A DNA stretch of 63,097 nt, filler included, from Nemertoderma westbladi (Eukaryota > Animalia > Xenacoelomorpha): the NCBI GenBank assembly GCA_032718475.1. It is 3 parts of 3 records of this genome, joined end to end, with 100 filler letters (N's around TTAATTAATTAA, not from the genome) between each part and the next. Parts side by side here need not be neighbours in the genome. Positions count along the whole stretch, not along the records: positions 1 to 22,115 come from JAUCBJ010004203.1; 2 more parts are not named here. One strand, written 5' to 3'. A model generated the notes under the pieces. It searched no databases. It saw nothing but the letters and a program-made list of their open reading frames with translations, and was not told the DNA's origin. Shown here piece after piece: positions 1-11,829 of the stretch. Every line of letters starts with the position of its first letter. Position 1 is the stretch's first letter. A program made the translations under genes and the position numbers.

Positions 1-383
1 GCTATGCTGGGTTCATTGTGTCAAGTACAATGCACACATCTCCAACCAGACACTATATAACATTGGAGGTGTCTCATTGGTTCCCCCAAGCTTGACACTA
101 CAACAAAATCGCCTCCGCTTTGCAGGACATTGCTTTTGCCGTGAGGACCAGCCAGTGCATAATCTTGTACTTTGGCAGCCTCATGGAGTGAATAAGCATG
201 GTGGACAGCCCATGACTTTCTTGAGACGCATCTTAAAGGACACTGGCCTTGAAGATGCGGATGATCTAGCAAATGTCATGGGTGATAGGGAGTTGTGGCG
301 GAGCAATTTTGTTGACAAGCCGGCACAGCATTCTTAAAAATGTAGCTGCAATGCAGCATGCCGAATCCTAGTAGTAGTAGTAA
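1..383 (+). mobile_element. 3' end of an RTE-like non-LTR retrotransposon (degenerate) with (TAG)n tail
   Basis: ORF 77-337 (RLRFAGHC.R...LVLWQP...G...T....L.KDTG...M.DRELWR) resembles the C-terminus of RTE-type ORF2. It is followed by TAGTAGTAGTAG at ~368-383. Homologous DNA is at 24030-24130, 39640-39850 and 51675-51740. Confidence 0.7.
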
Positions 384-3028
384 GTTGGTAACAGAGGTGA
401 TGCAATACATACTCATACCGGACCGGTACCTAATCCGTAATTTATTGTTTCGGTATAAAACCTAACACTGAGAGTGGGCATAGGCCTAGAGTTCGCAGTT
501 TAGGACAACCAGTCCGCCTGGTACAGACAAGATATAGTCTAGGAAATGAAAGTAATTTGGTGTCTACCACTAGCGTACTCAATTATCGATTCTTACTCGC
601 TGTATAAAGTATTTCCATACGCCTTGTAAAGTCACCAGTCGCATAAAGTTCTATATTATTATTAAATGCATCTTGTTTTACCTACAGTTACAAAATGTTT
701 TCATTTCGGAATATTCTTTATTTATATGATTAGTTGAATAATGTTAAAGTCTAGGGCCATTATGTTACAAGCTGACAATGCTGACTGATGGGTTATTGCC
801 ACTTTGTAAGGGCTGTTTCATAGTTTTGCCCTTCATATCTATACCGGTAACAACTTTATTTAGGCCCCGTCCAAATATCGTGCGACGTTTTCAGCGAAAT
901 ACCTCACTCGCCCTCATGTTTCAGACCCATCTCCCTGCTACATTACGTTACACAATCAATGAAATATATTTTCAATTAATTTCTGTTTTTTGACTAGTAG
1001 TGGGAAATTGTCGAAGATCATCACGGGTCTTGTTAAACAGCGATATTTTATATCCCCCCCCCCCCCCCCCCCCCCTTTATATATATATTAATATTATATA
1101 TTTATATATTCTAATACTTTTATACAACTACATTAATACATATCTAAACTGAACTGAGTCTGGTATACTGAGTCATACTGATGAGATATATTCCCCAACC
1201 CATTAGTCAAACTTAGTCATGTAATTAGTCTATGTGGTTCGGTTGGGGTGAGCCATGTAACACCAGTCCATACATTCACTTTTGGACAAAAATATAAGTG
1301 ATAATGCAACACATAAACGCAATGCAGTAAAAAACAATGAAACACAATTGGGTCAAAATTATACAAAAAGTGGCCAAAACTGAACAAAAACATTAGACAG
1401 GCCGTAGCTTTCTTTTGACTTCCTCGATCAACCCCCCCCCCCCCCCCCCCCCCCCCTGCAATGCCACTTTAAAATGCCAATAAAATCTTCCCAAGAAACA
1501 TATAAGTCTTATATTTGGTATTTTTAAAAGGAAATTTCGCGGGCTTTTCAACTTGCCCCAGCATTATAAAACATATAACATTATATGTAGAAGTTTATAG
1601 AAATAAGAGATAAATGACAAGCAGGAAATGCTTTAATGCCCCCGCCCCCATGTAATGCTCTATACTCTCCTTATAAAATATTTAACCCCCCTGTAATGCG
1701 CCCCCCCCCCCCCCCCCTGTAATGCGTCCCCCCCCTGTAATGCCCCCCCCACCCTGTAATGCTCTATACTATTACTATACGAAAATGGCATTACAGGGGG
1801 GACTTCACTTAAAACCCAAATTGAATTAGTGAAGTAAATTTTAATAGCTGACCACCGTGCTCATCGAATTATCCTTAAAAAGAGCTTTCGAATGATGTAT
1901 ATATTTATAGATTTTGAAAGAAAGTTTTTGACGAAATCCCATCTTAAGTTTGGCCACTTTTAGTGATTTTAGCCCAAATGCAATATGAACTGCTAGTTTT
2001 TCCAGAACGAGGATATTAATACCATGTAAGGTGCTTCACTAAAGTAATGGCGCACTTTTCTATAATGTGCCTCGCTCTACTTTGTCAATGTATTCTTCCC
2101 CTATATCTAATATCTTTGTGGCCTAGTTTAGCTTTTCTACGCGCAGCTGACTACAAATAAGATTAATTGCATAATAAAATTTACCTTATATACGGTATTA
2201 GTCTGCTCCAATAAATATTAATGCAATATGTTGCATACAATTAATGATGACGCTGCGGGTATGTAGGCGAATTGTATTGATAATTTAAATTAATTAATAA
2301 TTAATTAAGCAATTAAGAAATTAATTAAGCACACTATATAGTTAATAAACTACCTACTTTGTATAATTTAGTTACAGTGGCAAGATATTCAAAGCAAAAC
2401 AATAAACTAAAGTTAATAACAGGTTACAGTTTTAATTTTGGGAGTAAAATCAATCAGTTGTTAATTTATATTGCGTCGCAACTCCCCTCTATTTGGTAAA
2501 AAATATTCGTCATTGGTAGAAAAACAATTTCCGTGCTTGGGTCGAGGTACTACACTAAGCGTTTTATAACGCTATTTCTGTCTTATAACCTGTACATATA
2601 CTAATTCGTTTATTGTTTTGGTTAGATTTAGCCCTTCTGTAACCTGTGTTTTTGGGGAAAACCTGGTATTCTTCACATGGGGGTAACTGCAAAGTGAAAT
2701 ATAACGGTAGAAAGTCTGGTATTCTTCACATAGGCGATTGTTCTTGTAAATTGATGATAATAATTTAAATGACTGTTTATTTATTATTTTTTTGGGCAGG
2801 GAACTTCTTTATGGGAAGTTATTTATAATTCCCTAATTTAATTGAACGAAACATTAGTAAATACAATAACATAGATTAACTTAAATATATGAAATAACAC
2901 TGACAACCCTGAAACTTTTAGTTTTACCGAATATGAGGCATATCAAATAGCGAAAGCGACTAAAGCGAGGATTTATTAGATTCTCATATCGATATTTCTA
3001 GAATATAATATTATTTGTTCGTTTACAG

Positions 3029-3163
3029 GTTCTCGACTGCCCTGAATCAATATCTGCGTTCCGTAACCATGGTGGTCTCCATTCAATGGTAGAACTCTTC
3101 CTGGCATTCTTCAACCAATCAGTGAATCCTGTATCTTCGAATCTTTCTCGTATGTGTCAGCAG
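3029..3163 (+). other. Candidate isolated coding exon (135 bp, phase 0-0) of an unidentified gene
   Basis: Acceptor ttgttcgtttacAG at 3028 and donor CAG|GTAGGT at 3164. The frame is open: VLDCPESISAFRNHGGLHSMVELFLAFFNQSVNPVSSNLSRMCQQ. No family recognised. Confidence 0.3.
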
Positions 3164-4096
3164 GTAGGTTCCTCTCATGTAGATTACTATACTACTGGTC
3201 CCATTACTCCTTATATATAGCTGTTTAAAATAAGCTTTAAATGTAATTAATTTTAGTGTCAAAAATAAACTCGTCTTTCATTTGAAATTAACAACTACTT
3301 AAATTATTGTGCAGCTGTGTATTTTAATGTATGGAAGAAAATTGTCCATATTTTTATTATAATTTACGTTCGCTATACAATTTACTGAGCGCGGATTTGG
3401 ACATAACAGAACGAATTCGCTCCCAAACCTACTTCATAACCCGAAGGGAAGATAGTTCCCCTTGCTCCTGATACCAGATAATTGAGTAAGTGCCAAAAAA
3501 AGCTGCAATCAATTCATGCAAGAATGATACTAGTGATATGAATGTTTAAAAGGTAGTTTAAGGTGAAACTTAACTCATTCGCCCAACATACTTAAAAAAT
3601 AATTACAAAAATACCGCTACAATTTTTCTCTATGGACGTAATTATTGTCCTTCACAAATTTGTAAATAGAGTGTTCATGGTAAATATACACTACACTCCC
3701 GATCGTTGTAGCGAGTGGTTCAAAGGCGGCTAAGCATATACAGTAGTAGGATTGAGCACAGTTGCAGCAGATGATGGTATTGACAGATGTTAGGACGTAA
3801 ATTGCGGACACACAAGGTATCAGGTAGTATTTCCAGGTCAAACTTTTACCTGTGTGGCTAACTGAATCGTTAGATCGTCATACTTCCAGCCCGGGGGAAA
3901 CCAGTTCGACCCCACGTGAACGTCATTGCCGAATTTGTGTTAGCAAAGACTTCTAGAACATAGTATTTATTCAGTATTATTTTATTTATTATTTATATTA
4001 TAAATCCGGGAATATCAATATTATGACTCGCTAATCAATAACTTCCTTACACAGTTCCGCTATCCATAATATCTACGGCATAAAAAAGTATAATAT

Positions 4097-7017
4097 AACA
4101 CGAAGTGGGGCCTTCGCGCAGCACGTGACTTAAATTTAATTTAAGTACTAATTCGAAAGTATTACTGTATTAGCAAATTTTAAGCAGATTTCGCCTAATC
4201 ACTTTTTACCTCTTTCATTTCTATTCAGACATTTCTGACTCTAGCGGTATAGTGAGAACTGAAGATGGATTAGGGTCTCCAGCCCCACAAAGACACAGCC
4301 TATGGATGAATAGTACATACGTACATCGGCCAAGTTTCATCTTGAATAACGGATAACGAAATGAGAGACAGATCTCACTTTCAGAAATTTCGTCGTATAG
4401 CGGCAGACCGATTAAATCTCCCCCCCCCCCCCCCCCCCCCACAAAGACGCAGCATGTGGTCCAGAATATATGGCAAGATTCAGCTTAAACTGATTAAAAT
4501 CAATGAGACGGGAGAATCTATTCACTTTCAGGCATAAAGTATAGTCCTATAGCGGGTGACTGTTGAACTGATTTTCAACAAAACAAATTTTCAACTTGGC
4601 AGCTTTAAATTCGACAAAGTTATAAGCATGTCAATATCATAACGACGACAACGATTTCACTTTCAGACATTTGGCCCTCTAGCGGCAGACTGGAGAACTG
4701 CAGATGGATTCGCCTCCTTTGAAAGTCACAGCTAATGGTCTAATACATATCTGCCAAGTTTCAGCTTAAACGGATTAAAAGCAAAGAAATGGGAGGGCAT
4801 TTAATGTTTAGACATGTGGCCCTCTAGCGGGAGACCATTGCACTGATGGTGTCTGAAAGTCTCTCAAAAATCTCAACTTTAGCTCATATTGATACCTAGA
4901 AATTTTCAACTTGGCAGCTTTAAATCCGACAAAGTTATTAGCATGTCAAAATCGTAACGACGACAACGATTTCACTTTCAGACCTTTGGCCCTCTAGCGG
5001 CAGACTGGAGAACTGCAGATGGATTCGCCTCCTTTGAAAGTCACAGCTAATGGTCTAATACATATCTGCCAAGTTTCAGCTTAAACGGATTAAAAGCAAA
5101 GAAATGGGAGGGCATTTAATGTTTAGACATGTGGCCCTCTAGCGGGAGACCATTGCACTGATGGTGTCTGAAAGTCTCTCAAAAATCTCAACTTTTGCTC
5201 ATATTGATACCTACAAATTTTCAACTTGGCAGCTTTAAATCCGACAAAGTTATTAGCATGTCAAAATCGTAACGACGACAACGATTTCACTTTCAGATCT
5301 TTGGCCCTCTAGCGGCAGACTGGAGAACTGCAGATGGATTCGCCTCCTTTGAAAGTCACAGCTAATGGTCTAATACATATCTGCCAAGTTTCAGCTTAAA
5401 CGGATTAAAAGCAAAGAAATGGGAGGGCATTTAATGTTTAGACATGTGGCCCTCTAGCGGGAGACCATTGCACTGATGGTGTCTGAAAGTCTCTCAAAAA
5501 TCTCAACTTTTGCTCATATTGATACCTACAAATTTTCAACTTGGCAGCTTTAAATCCGACAAAGTTATTAGCATGTCAAAATCGTAACGACGACAACGAT
5601 TTCACTTTCAGACCTTTGGCCCTCTAGCGGCAGACTGGAGAACTGCAGATGGATTCGCCTCCTTTGAAAGTCACAGCTAATGGTCTAATACATATCTGCC
5701 AAGTTTCAGCTTAAACGGATTAAAAGCAAAGAAATGGGAGGGCATTTAATGTTTAGACATGTGGCCCTCTAGCGGGAGACCATTGCACTGATGGTGTCTG
5801 AAAGTCTCTCAAAAATCTCAACTTTTGCTCATATTGATACCTACAAATTTTCAACTTGGCAGCTTTAAATCCGACAAAGTTATTAGCATGTCAAAATCGT
5901 AACGACGACAACGATTTCACTTTCAGACCTTTGGCCCTCTAGCGGCAGACTGGAGAACTGCAGATGGATTCGCCTCCTTTGAAAGTCACAGCTAATGGTC
6001 TAATACATATCTGCCAAGTTTCAGCTTAAACGGATTAAAAGCAAAGAAATGGGAGGGCATTTAATGTTTAGACATGTGGCCCTCTAGCGGGAGACCATTG
6101 CACTGATGGTGTCTGAAAGTCTCTCAAAAATCTCAACTTTTGCTCATATTGATACCTACAAATTTTCAACTTGGCAGCTTTAAATCCGACAAAGTTATTA
6201 GCATGTCAAAATCGTAACGACGACAACGATTTCACTTTCAGACCTTTGGCCCTCTAGCGGCAGACTGGAGAACTGCAGATGGATTCGCCTCCTTTGAAAG
6301 TCACAGCTAATGGTCTAATACATATCTGCCAAGTTTCAGCTTAAACGGATTAAAAGCAAAGAAATGGGAGGGCATTTAATGTTTAGACATGTGGCCCTCT
6401 AGCGGGAGACCATTGCACTGATGGTGTCTGAAAGTCTCTCAAAAATCTCAACTTTTGCTCATATTGATACCTACAAATTTTCAACTTGGCAGCTTTAAAT
6501 CCGACAAAGTTATTAGCATGTCAAAATCGTAACGACGACAACGATTTCACTTTCAGACCTTTGGCCCTCTAGCGGCAGACTGGAGAACTGCAGATGGATT
6601 CGCCTCCTTTGAAAGTCACAGCTAATGGTCTAATACATATCTGCCAAGTTTCAGCTTAAACGGATTAAAAGCAAAGAAATGGGAGGGCATTTAATGTTTA
6701 GACATGTGGCCCTCTAGCGGGAGACCATTGCACTGATGGTGTCTGAAAGTCTCTCAAAAATCTCAACTTTTGCTCATATTGATACCTACAAATTTTCAAC
6801 TTGGCAGCTTTAAATCCGACAAAGTTATTAGCATGTCAAAATCGTAACGACGACGACGACGATGACGACAACGACGACGACGACAACGACGACGACGACG
6901 ACGACAACTATTTGCATAAATTGACCCACCCCCTAACAGTGTCAATTCGCTAAGGCTCCGCCAACTTCGTGGCTCGCCCTTCGCTAAGGCTCCGCCAACT
7001 TCGTGGCTCGCCCCACA
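4097..7017. mobile_element. Non-autonomous Helentron-associated (HINE/DINE-1/pearl-like) element with internal tandem array and (GAC)n microsatellite
   Basis: Starts ACACGAAGTGGGG and ends with the hairpin GCCA-ACTTCG-TGGC-TCGCCCCAC (short inverted match CACGAAGT/ACTTCGTG). Contains 315-bp core repeats and then (GAC)n at ~6846-6908. Related copies at 39893-40425 and ~56200-56635. Confidence 0.65.
4586..6850. repeat. Tandem array, 315-bp unit, ~7 near-identical copies; each unit is a dimer of two related ~145/170-bp subunits
   Basis: AATTTTCAACTTGGCAGCTTTAAAT recurs at ~4586, 4901, 5216, 5531, 5846, 6161, 6476 and 6791. TGGCCCTCTAGCGG occurs twice per unit. Confidence 0.95.
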
Positions 7018-7800
7018 TTCCTGACAGTGAGCGAAATGAGGTTAAATACTTGGCATAAAATAGGAATGGAAGGTAATTTGCACCCACTGCATGTCGGATA
7101 ATCCTTCACAAATAATTGAACCAAAAATATAATTGATATAAAAAAGAACAACACGACAGAATACGTGAGTAACCTGAAGTACTCCTGACAACGATATTAC
7201 TACTGACGGTATATAATGTGTTAATAAGATAATATTAATTATTATGATAAATTTATTACTGTATTGAAATTTAAATTGTCAGAATTACTACATTTTACGA
7301 TTTGTAGTTTAATAAATCCCATGGAGTTTTATCGAAATCTTATTGTTTATCAAATTCTGGCACTACTGGTTCATTGAAGAGCATCTGTAAAGAAGGAGAG
7401 ATCATTCGCTGTGGGTTTTGTAGGCTTCATCAAGGCATACGACTCTGTGGCAATACCATGTTCTGTTCGTTCATGTTCAAAATACTCAGACTTATAGTAT
7501 GACTCCTGACCTTATTATAAGCTTATCTGTTGACCTTTTTGTAAGAGCAATCAGGACTAAACTCTTGACAATTGGTGGATACGTTCAGCAGAGAAGTCCT
7601 CCTCGTTTTCCAAAAGGAGAAGCGGTAGCATGGTTGCCATCATTGCCCAGCTGACCAGAATCGTGTACACAACTAATCCAAATTCAGACTTTCCTAAAAG
7701 CTAAAGGTGCGACTTTTCCGCCTCTCTTGCTCTAATGACAGGACAGTCCTTGTTGAAATCTTACCTGTTAATTGGCTATAGTTAAGGCGATCTATAAGTA

Positions 7801-9823
7801 CAAGGCCTTGCAACCGTGCACGACTGGAGGCTGACTGAAGGCTGAATTTTCAAAAAACAAGCTTTGAAGATGATGTATACTGGGAGAGTTCTAGAAATTT
7901 TCATTTGCTGCAATTTGGTCAACGGACGTAATTAAAGTCTCCTTGTTAAGCAAGATACTAAATTTTATAGTAGCTAGTGTTTTAGGTAGGTTTAGCTAGT
8001 AATTTCGACACTGGTTCCGACATCCTACTTCCATCTGTAAATATTTTGTAGTGGTGTCGTCGCGCTACGGCTAATGTCGCGTTACGGCTAATTTTTTGAG
8101 AGATTAGCCGTAACGCGACTTTTAAAGTCGCGGTACGGCTACTCTAAAAGTCGCGGTACGGCTAATTGTCGCGTTACGGCTAATCGATTGTCTTGGTTTT
8201 ACATAGGGAATCTTTATCAATAATATTCTATGGTGTTTACCTACAGATGAGGTCCGAAAAATGTAATGTAATAATGTTTTACAGCATGGGAGTCTCCGGG
8301 GGGGGGGGGGGGGGGGGGGTATTTTACCGTCTTTCATACTGTATGTTCTTCGACAACCTCACATTCAATATAATATTGTATTCTATGGTATTCTTAGTCA
8401 CAGCCTCAAGCACAGATACGGATTACAGCCAATAATAGCAGCCAAAGAAGCAATGAGTGGTTTTGTGGAACATATTCCACTACTTCATATCGATGTTGTT
8501 AACCAACAACGCCTGGCTCGCTACCTAGACCATATGGCGTTCTGTTTGTGGACTGACAAGCAGGCAATGGCCGTCCTTCCAGCCGCCGATCACCCAGTTG
8601 AAAGTCCAGCTGCGTTAGGAGTGGGCGGTGATCCCGACTGGCATGTTGGTGTAGTGAACCACCCCTTCGCGGCCGAACCATTTCTTCCCAACCCAACCCC
8701 GACCACCCCTCCGTCGCCGAACCATTCCAACCCACCCCACTCCCGAACCACCCCTTCGCGGCTGAACCATTCCAACCCACCCCACCACCGAACCAAATGC
8801 CATACGCGGGCGATAACTGGCTAATTCAAGAGCTTTAGTTTTACTCAATACAACAATGATAATACAATAATTAATAAATTAAATTTTTTAGTTAAATCCC
8901 CCCCCCCCCCCCCTCCCCCTGGATACCTCCATGCTGTAAAACATTATTACATTAAATTTTTCGACCCTTTCTCATCTGTACGTAAACGCCATAGAATAAT
9001 ATTGACAATGATTCCCTATGTAAAACCCAGACAATATATTAGCCGTAACGCGACAATTAGCCGTAACGCGACTTTTTAAGTAGCCGTACCGCGACTTTCA
9101 AAGTCGCGTTACGCTGAAAATTAGCCGTAACGCAACTTGACGAACATTTTGTCTGTAAGAACTTTATCTTTCTGCATTTTCTTCCCTTTTCCACGTTTAT
9201 TCGATCTTCCCCGTCCTTTCTTCCCCTTCCCTTTCTTTCCCTTTCCTCTACGACTTCTAAACCTGCCTCATTTACCTCGGTGACTCCTAGACCTGCTCTT
9301 CTTTCCCTTCTTACTTCCCTTTCGTTTTTTACGTCTCCTTTTCTCCATTTCGTTCCGGCTGGTGGAACGATTACCACTCTTTAATAGGCTCCTACTTTTC
9401 CTTTCATCTAAGGCCCAACTCGTCAAACTATCCACCCCCAAATCCCTATCATCAGGTTGAACAGGCATGATTATTTAAAATATTACCGATAATTATATAT
9501 GTCCTAAACAAAAATTGATTTCAGAATTTCTTTTGTAACGTATTTTCTCCTAAAACGTGTTACTTTCCGTAACGCGACATTAGCCGTACCGCCACTGCGC
9601 CTTTTGTAGTAGCTAGTTCTTATTATTATTTGTATATAGTTTATACATGTGATACATATAGTTTAATAGTTTATACAAATTCAAAAGTCAAATTGTGCAT
9701 AATTGACAAAATTACAGTAAATAAAAATTTCTAGAATTTTCCCAGTATACATCGTTTCTAAATCATGTTTTTGAAAATTCAGCCTTCCGTCAGCCTCCAG
9801 TCGTACACGACTTCGAGGCCTTG
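7801..9823. mobile_element. Non-autonomous DNA transposon with ~120-bp imperfect TIRs (CAAGGCC...GGCCTTG), host of a nested element
   Basis: 7801-7921 (caaggccttgcaaccgtgcacgactggaggctgac...ttctagaaatttt) is the imperfect reverse complement of ~9701-9823. No clean TSD seen. Confidence 0.7.
8053..9601. mobile_element. MULE/Foldback-like non-autonomous element with 9-bp TSD
   Basis: TSD TTTTGTAGT at 8044-8052 and 9602-9610. GG...CC termini with TIR TACGGCTAATGTCGCGTTACGG. Long internal inverted arms (~8100-8320 vs ~8897-9135) are built from TAGCCGTAACGCGAC subrepeats. Confidence 0.75.
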
Positions 9824-11829
9824 GCTATAATAGTGCATTGCTGCATATACCAGTTACCCAGGTATTATGGTGGCATTGGTGACACCTCATTCTCAACCAT
9901 ACCCTGTGTTGGTGCGATCCAACCGCTTGGCTACCCGCCTGGTCAACGTAGTGGCCATGGCCACTGGCCTGTGAATGCCGACTACACTTGGAAATTGAGG
10001 AGCTTATTTATGACTGGCCGAGTGATTTGGGGCGTGTTTACCTCTAGGTCTGCGGGTATTGATTGCACTACAATGAAGCCATATAAATCAACGAAAAGCA
10101 TAATATTTATATATTTACATTCATTACAAGGGCTAATTGAACTAAAACCAAGCTAATAATACACACATTAAATCGACAAGCCTAACAAATGAAGCTCATA
10201 AAAGTAAATCAGACAACATTATGTGTAATCCCCTATTACGCCAATTCAAATTTAATACTGTAATAATCCTAAAAATTTAAACTCATCGAAACGGTTTAAC
10301 AAATAGTACAACACGGTAATCCAGAGCTTTTAATATCTAGCTTAATATAGTGCAATTTATGTTATAAAGGGTTATACACAATGTGACCATTTGTATTCTG
10401 TCGTTGTTTGGCAATAAACCCTAACCCAAAAAAAACACTTTTTGAGAAATTAAACAAACACGTTTCCCCTAATTAAACATTTAAGACATTGTGAGAAACC
10501 GCTGCTAATGGGTTCTAAGGAAACTTACACGCCAACTTCGAATTTTTCAATAGAATAGGTGAGAGATGACGAAAAAGGAATTAAAATGATGAAATAAAAT
10601 TATAGGGTGTTTTGCCATTCCATGTGAGCTGATCTTTTGGAGATAGGGGGTGTTTAATCAAAGGTTCTGACTTGTTTTATATAGCATTTTGTATTACGTA
10701 TTTATTAGTTAGACTAAAATGAATATCCCGCCCTACAGCGTTACAGAGTAAAACATACCAACAGAGTAAAAAATATTATTAAATGATAAAGGATATTACT
10801 TATGGTGAATTCCTTAAATAATTGATAAAAAACGATTGATAAAATGAATAATTGAAAAAACCCTAAGGATAGGGTCATTTTATCAACTGAATTAACAAGG
10901 CAAAGCACCCTAGTATGGTATAATTTAGTTATGGGGTGTTTTGCCTCGAAGCTGTTGATTTGAGATGCTGCCATACGGTGTTTTAAGATTGAAAAAGTCA
11001 GATTTCGTCAAAGGAACACCCTATTTTTCTTGGTTTCATTGAAAAGAGCGTGTCAAGTTACCCCAATTGGTCAAATAATTTTTTTTAATTTCGAGATAGG
11101 GTGTATTGTCAAACAACGGCAGTATTAATAATAACTGAATAACCGACATTCGGATTAAAAGGGCCTTTCAAAAGATACAAACTTACATCTCTGTACTGTA
11201 CCGTTTAGCAGCAAAGGGTCACATTTACAACAACTGCAGCAGCTCCGGTGCGGTGGTTAGCTATCAGAATCAGACGCCATCGGGTAGAAGTGGAAGTAAG
11301 GTCACATATTGTGACAAAATTTATTACACTTTTAATGTTATTGTTATTACCTATGCACATTTTAAAAATCTTTATAGTTGGTCACATGTTAATGAATTTT
11401 AGACTCATTTTTATTTCAAATGTTTGAAACTTTTTAACGGTCATGAAATTTTAGAATTTTCCAAACATTTATGAACGGCACCTGAGCTGTAATACCTTAG
11501 AAATCTTTGTGAGTTGTCGTATTGATTAATATTGAATAAAACTAAAAGATTCTCTAATTGAAGTCTAAAATAGCGATGTGTCGTAATATTACAATTATTA
11601 CTCGTGAAATAAAATTCATAATTAATAAACTAGAACGTCATGATAAAAAAAAACAAGCCAAGACTATAAAGTCATTCAGTAATTAGGAATACCTCTTGAA
11701 TTAATTACATAAGTTTTGTGATTAAGTTTAAGTTCAAAAGTATTTTGTGATCAAAAATCGAATTCATCTGCCCGGAGGTACCAGAGACAAGTTTGTCTTA
11801 TGAAGCAAATTTAGTTCAGCAATCAAAGG

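Noticed and set aside
3850-3920. tRNA-like A/B box motifs (TGGCTAACTG...GTTCGACC)
   Set aside because: No convincing cloverleaf; at most a decayed SINE head.
9057-9468. Lys/Arg/Glu-rich ORFs on the minus strand
   Set aside because: Derived from a pyrimidine-rich low-complexity tract inside a MITE.
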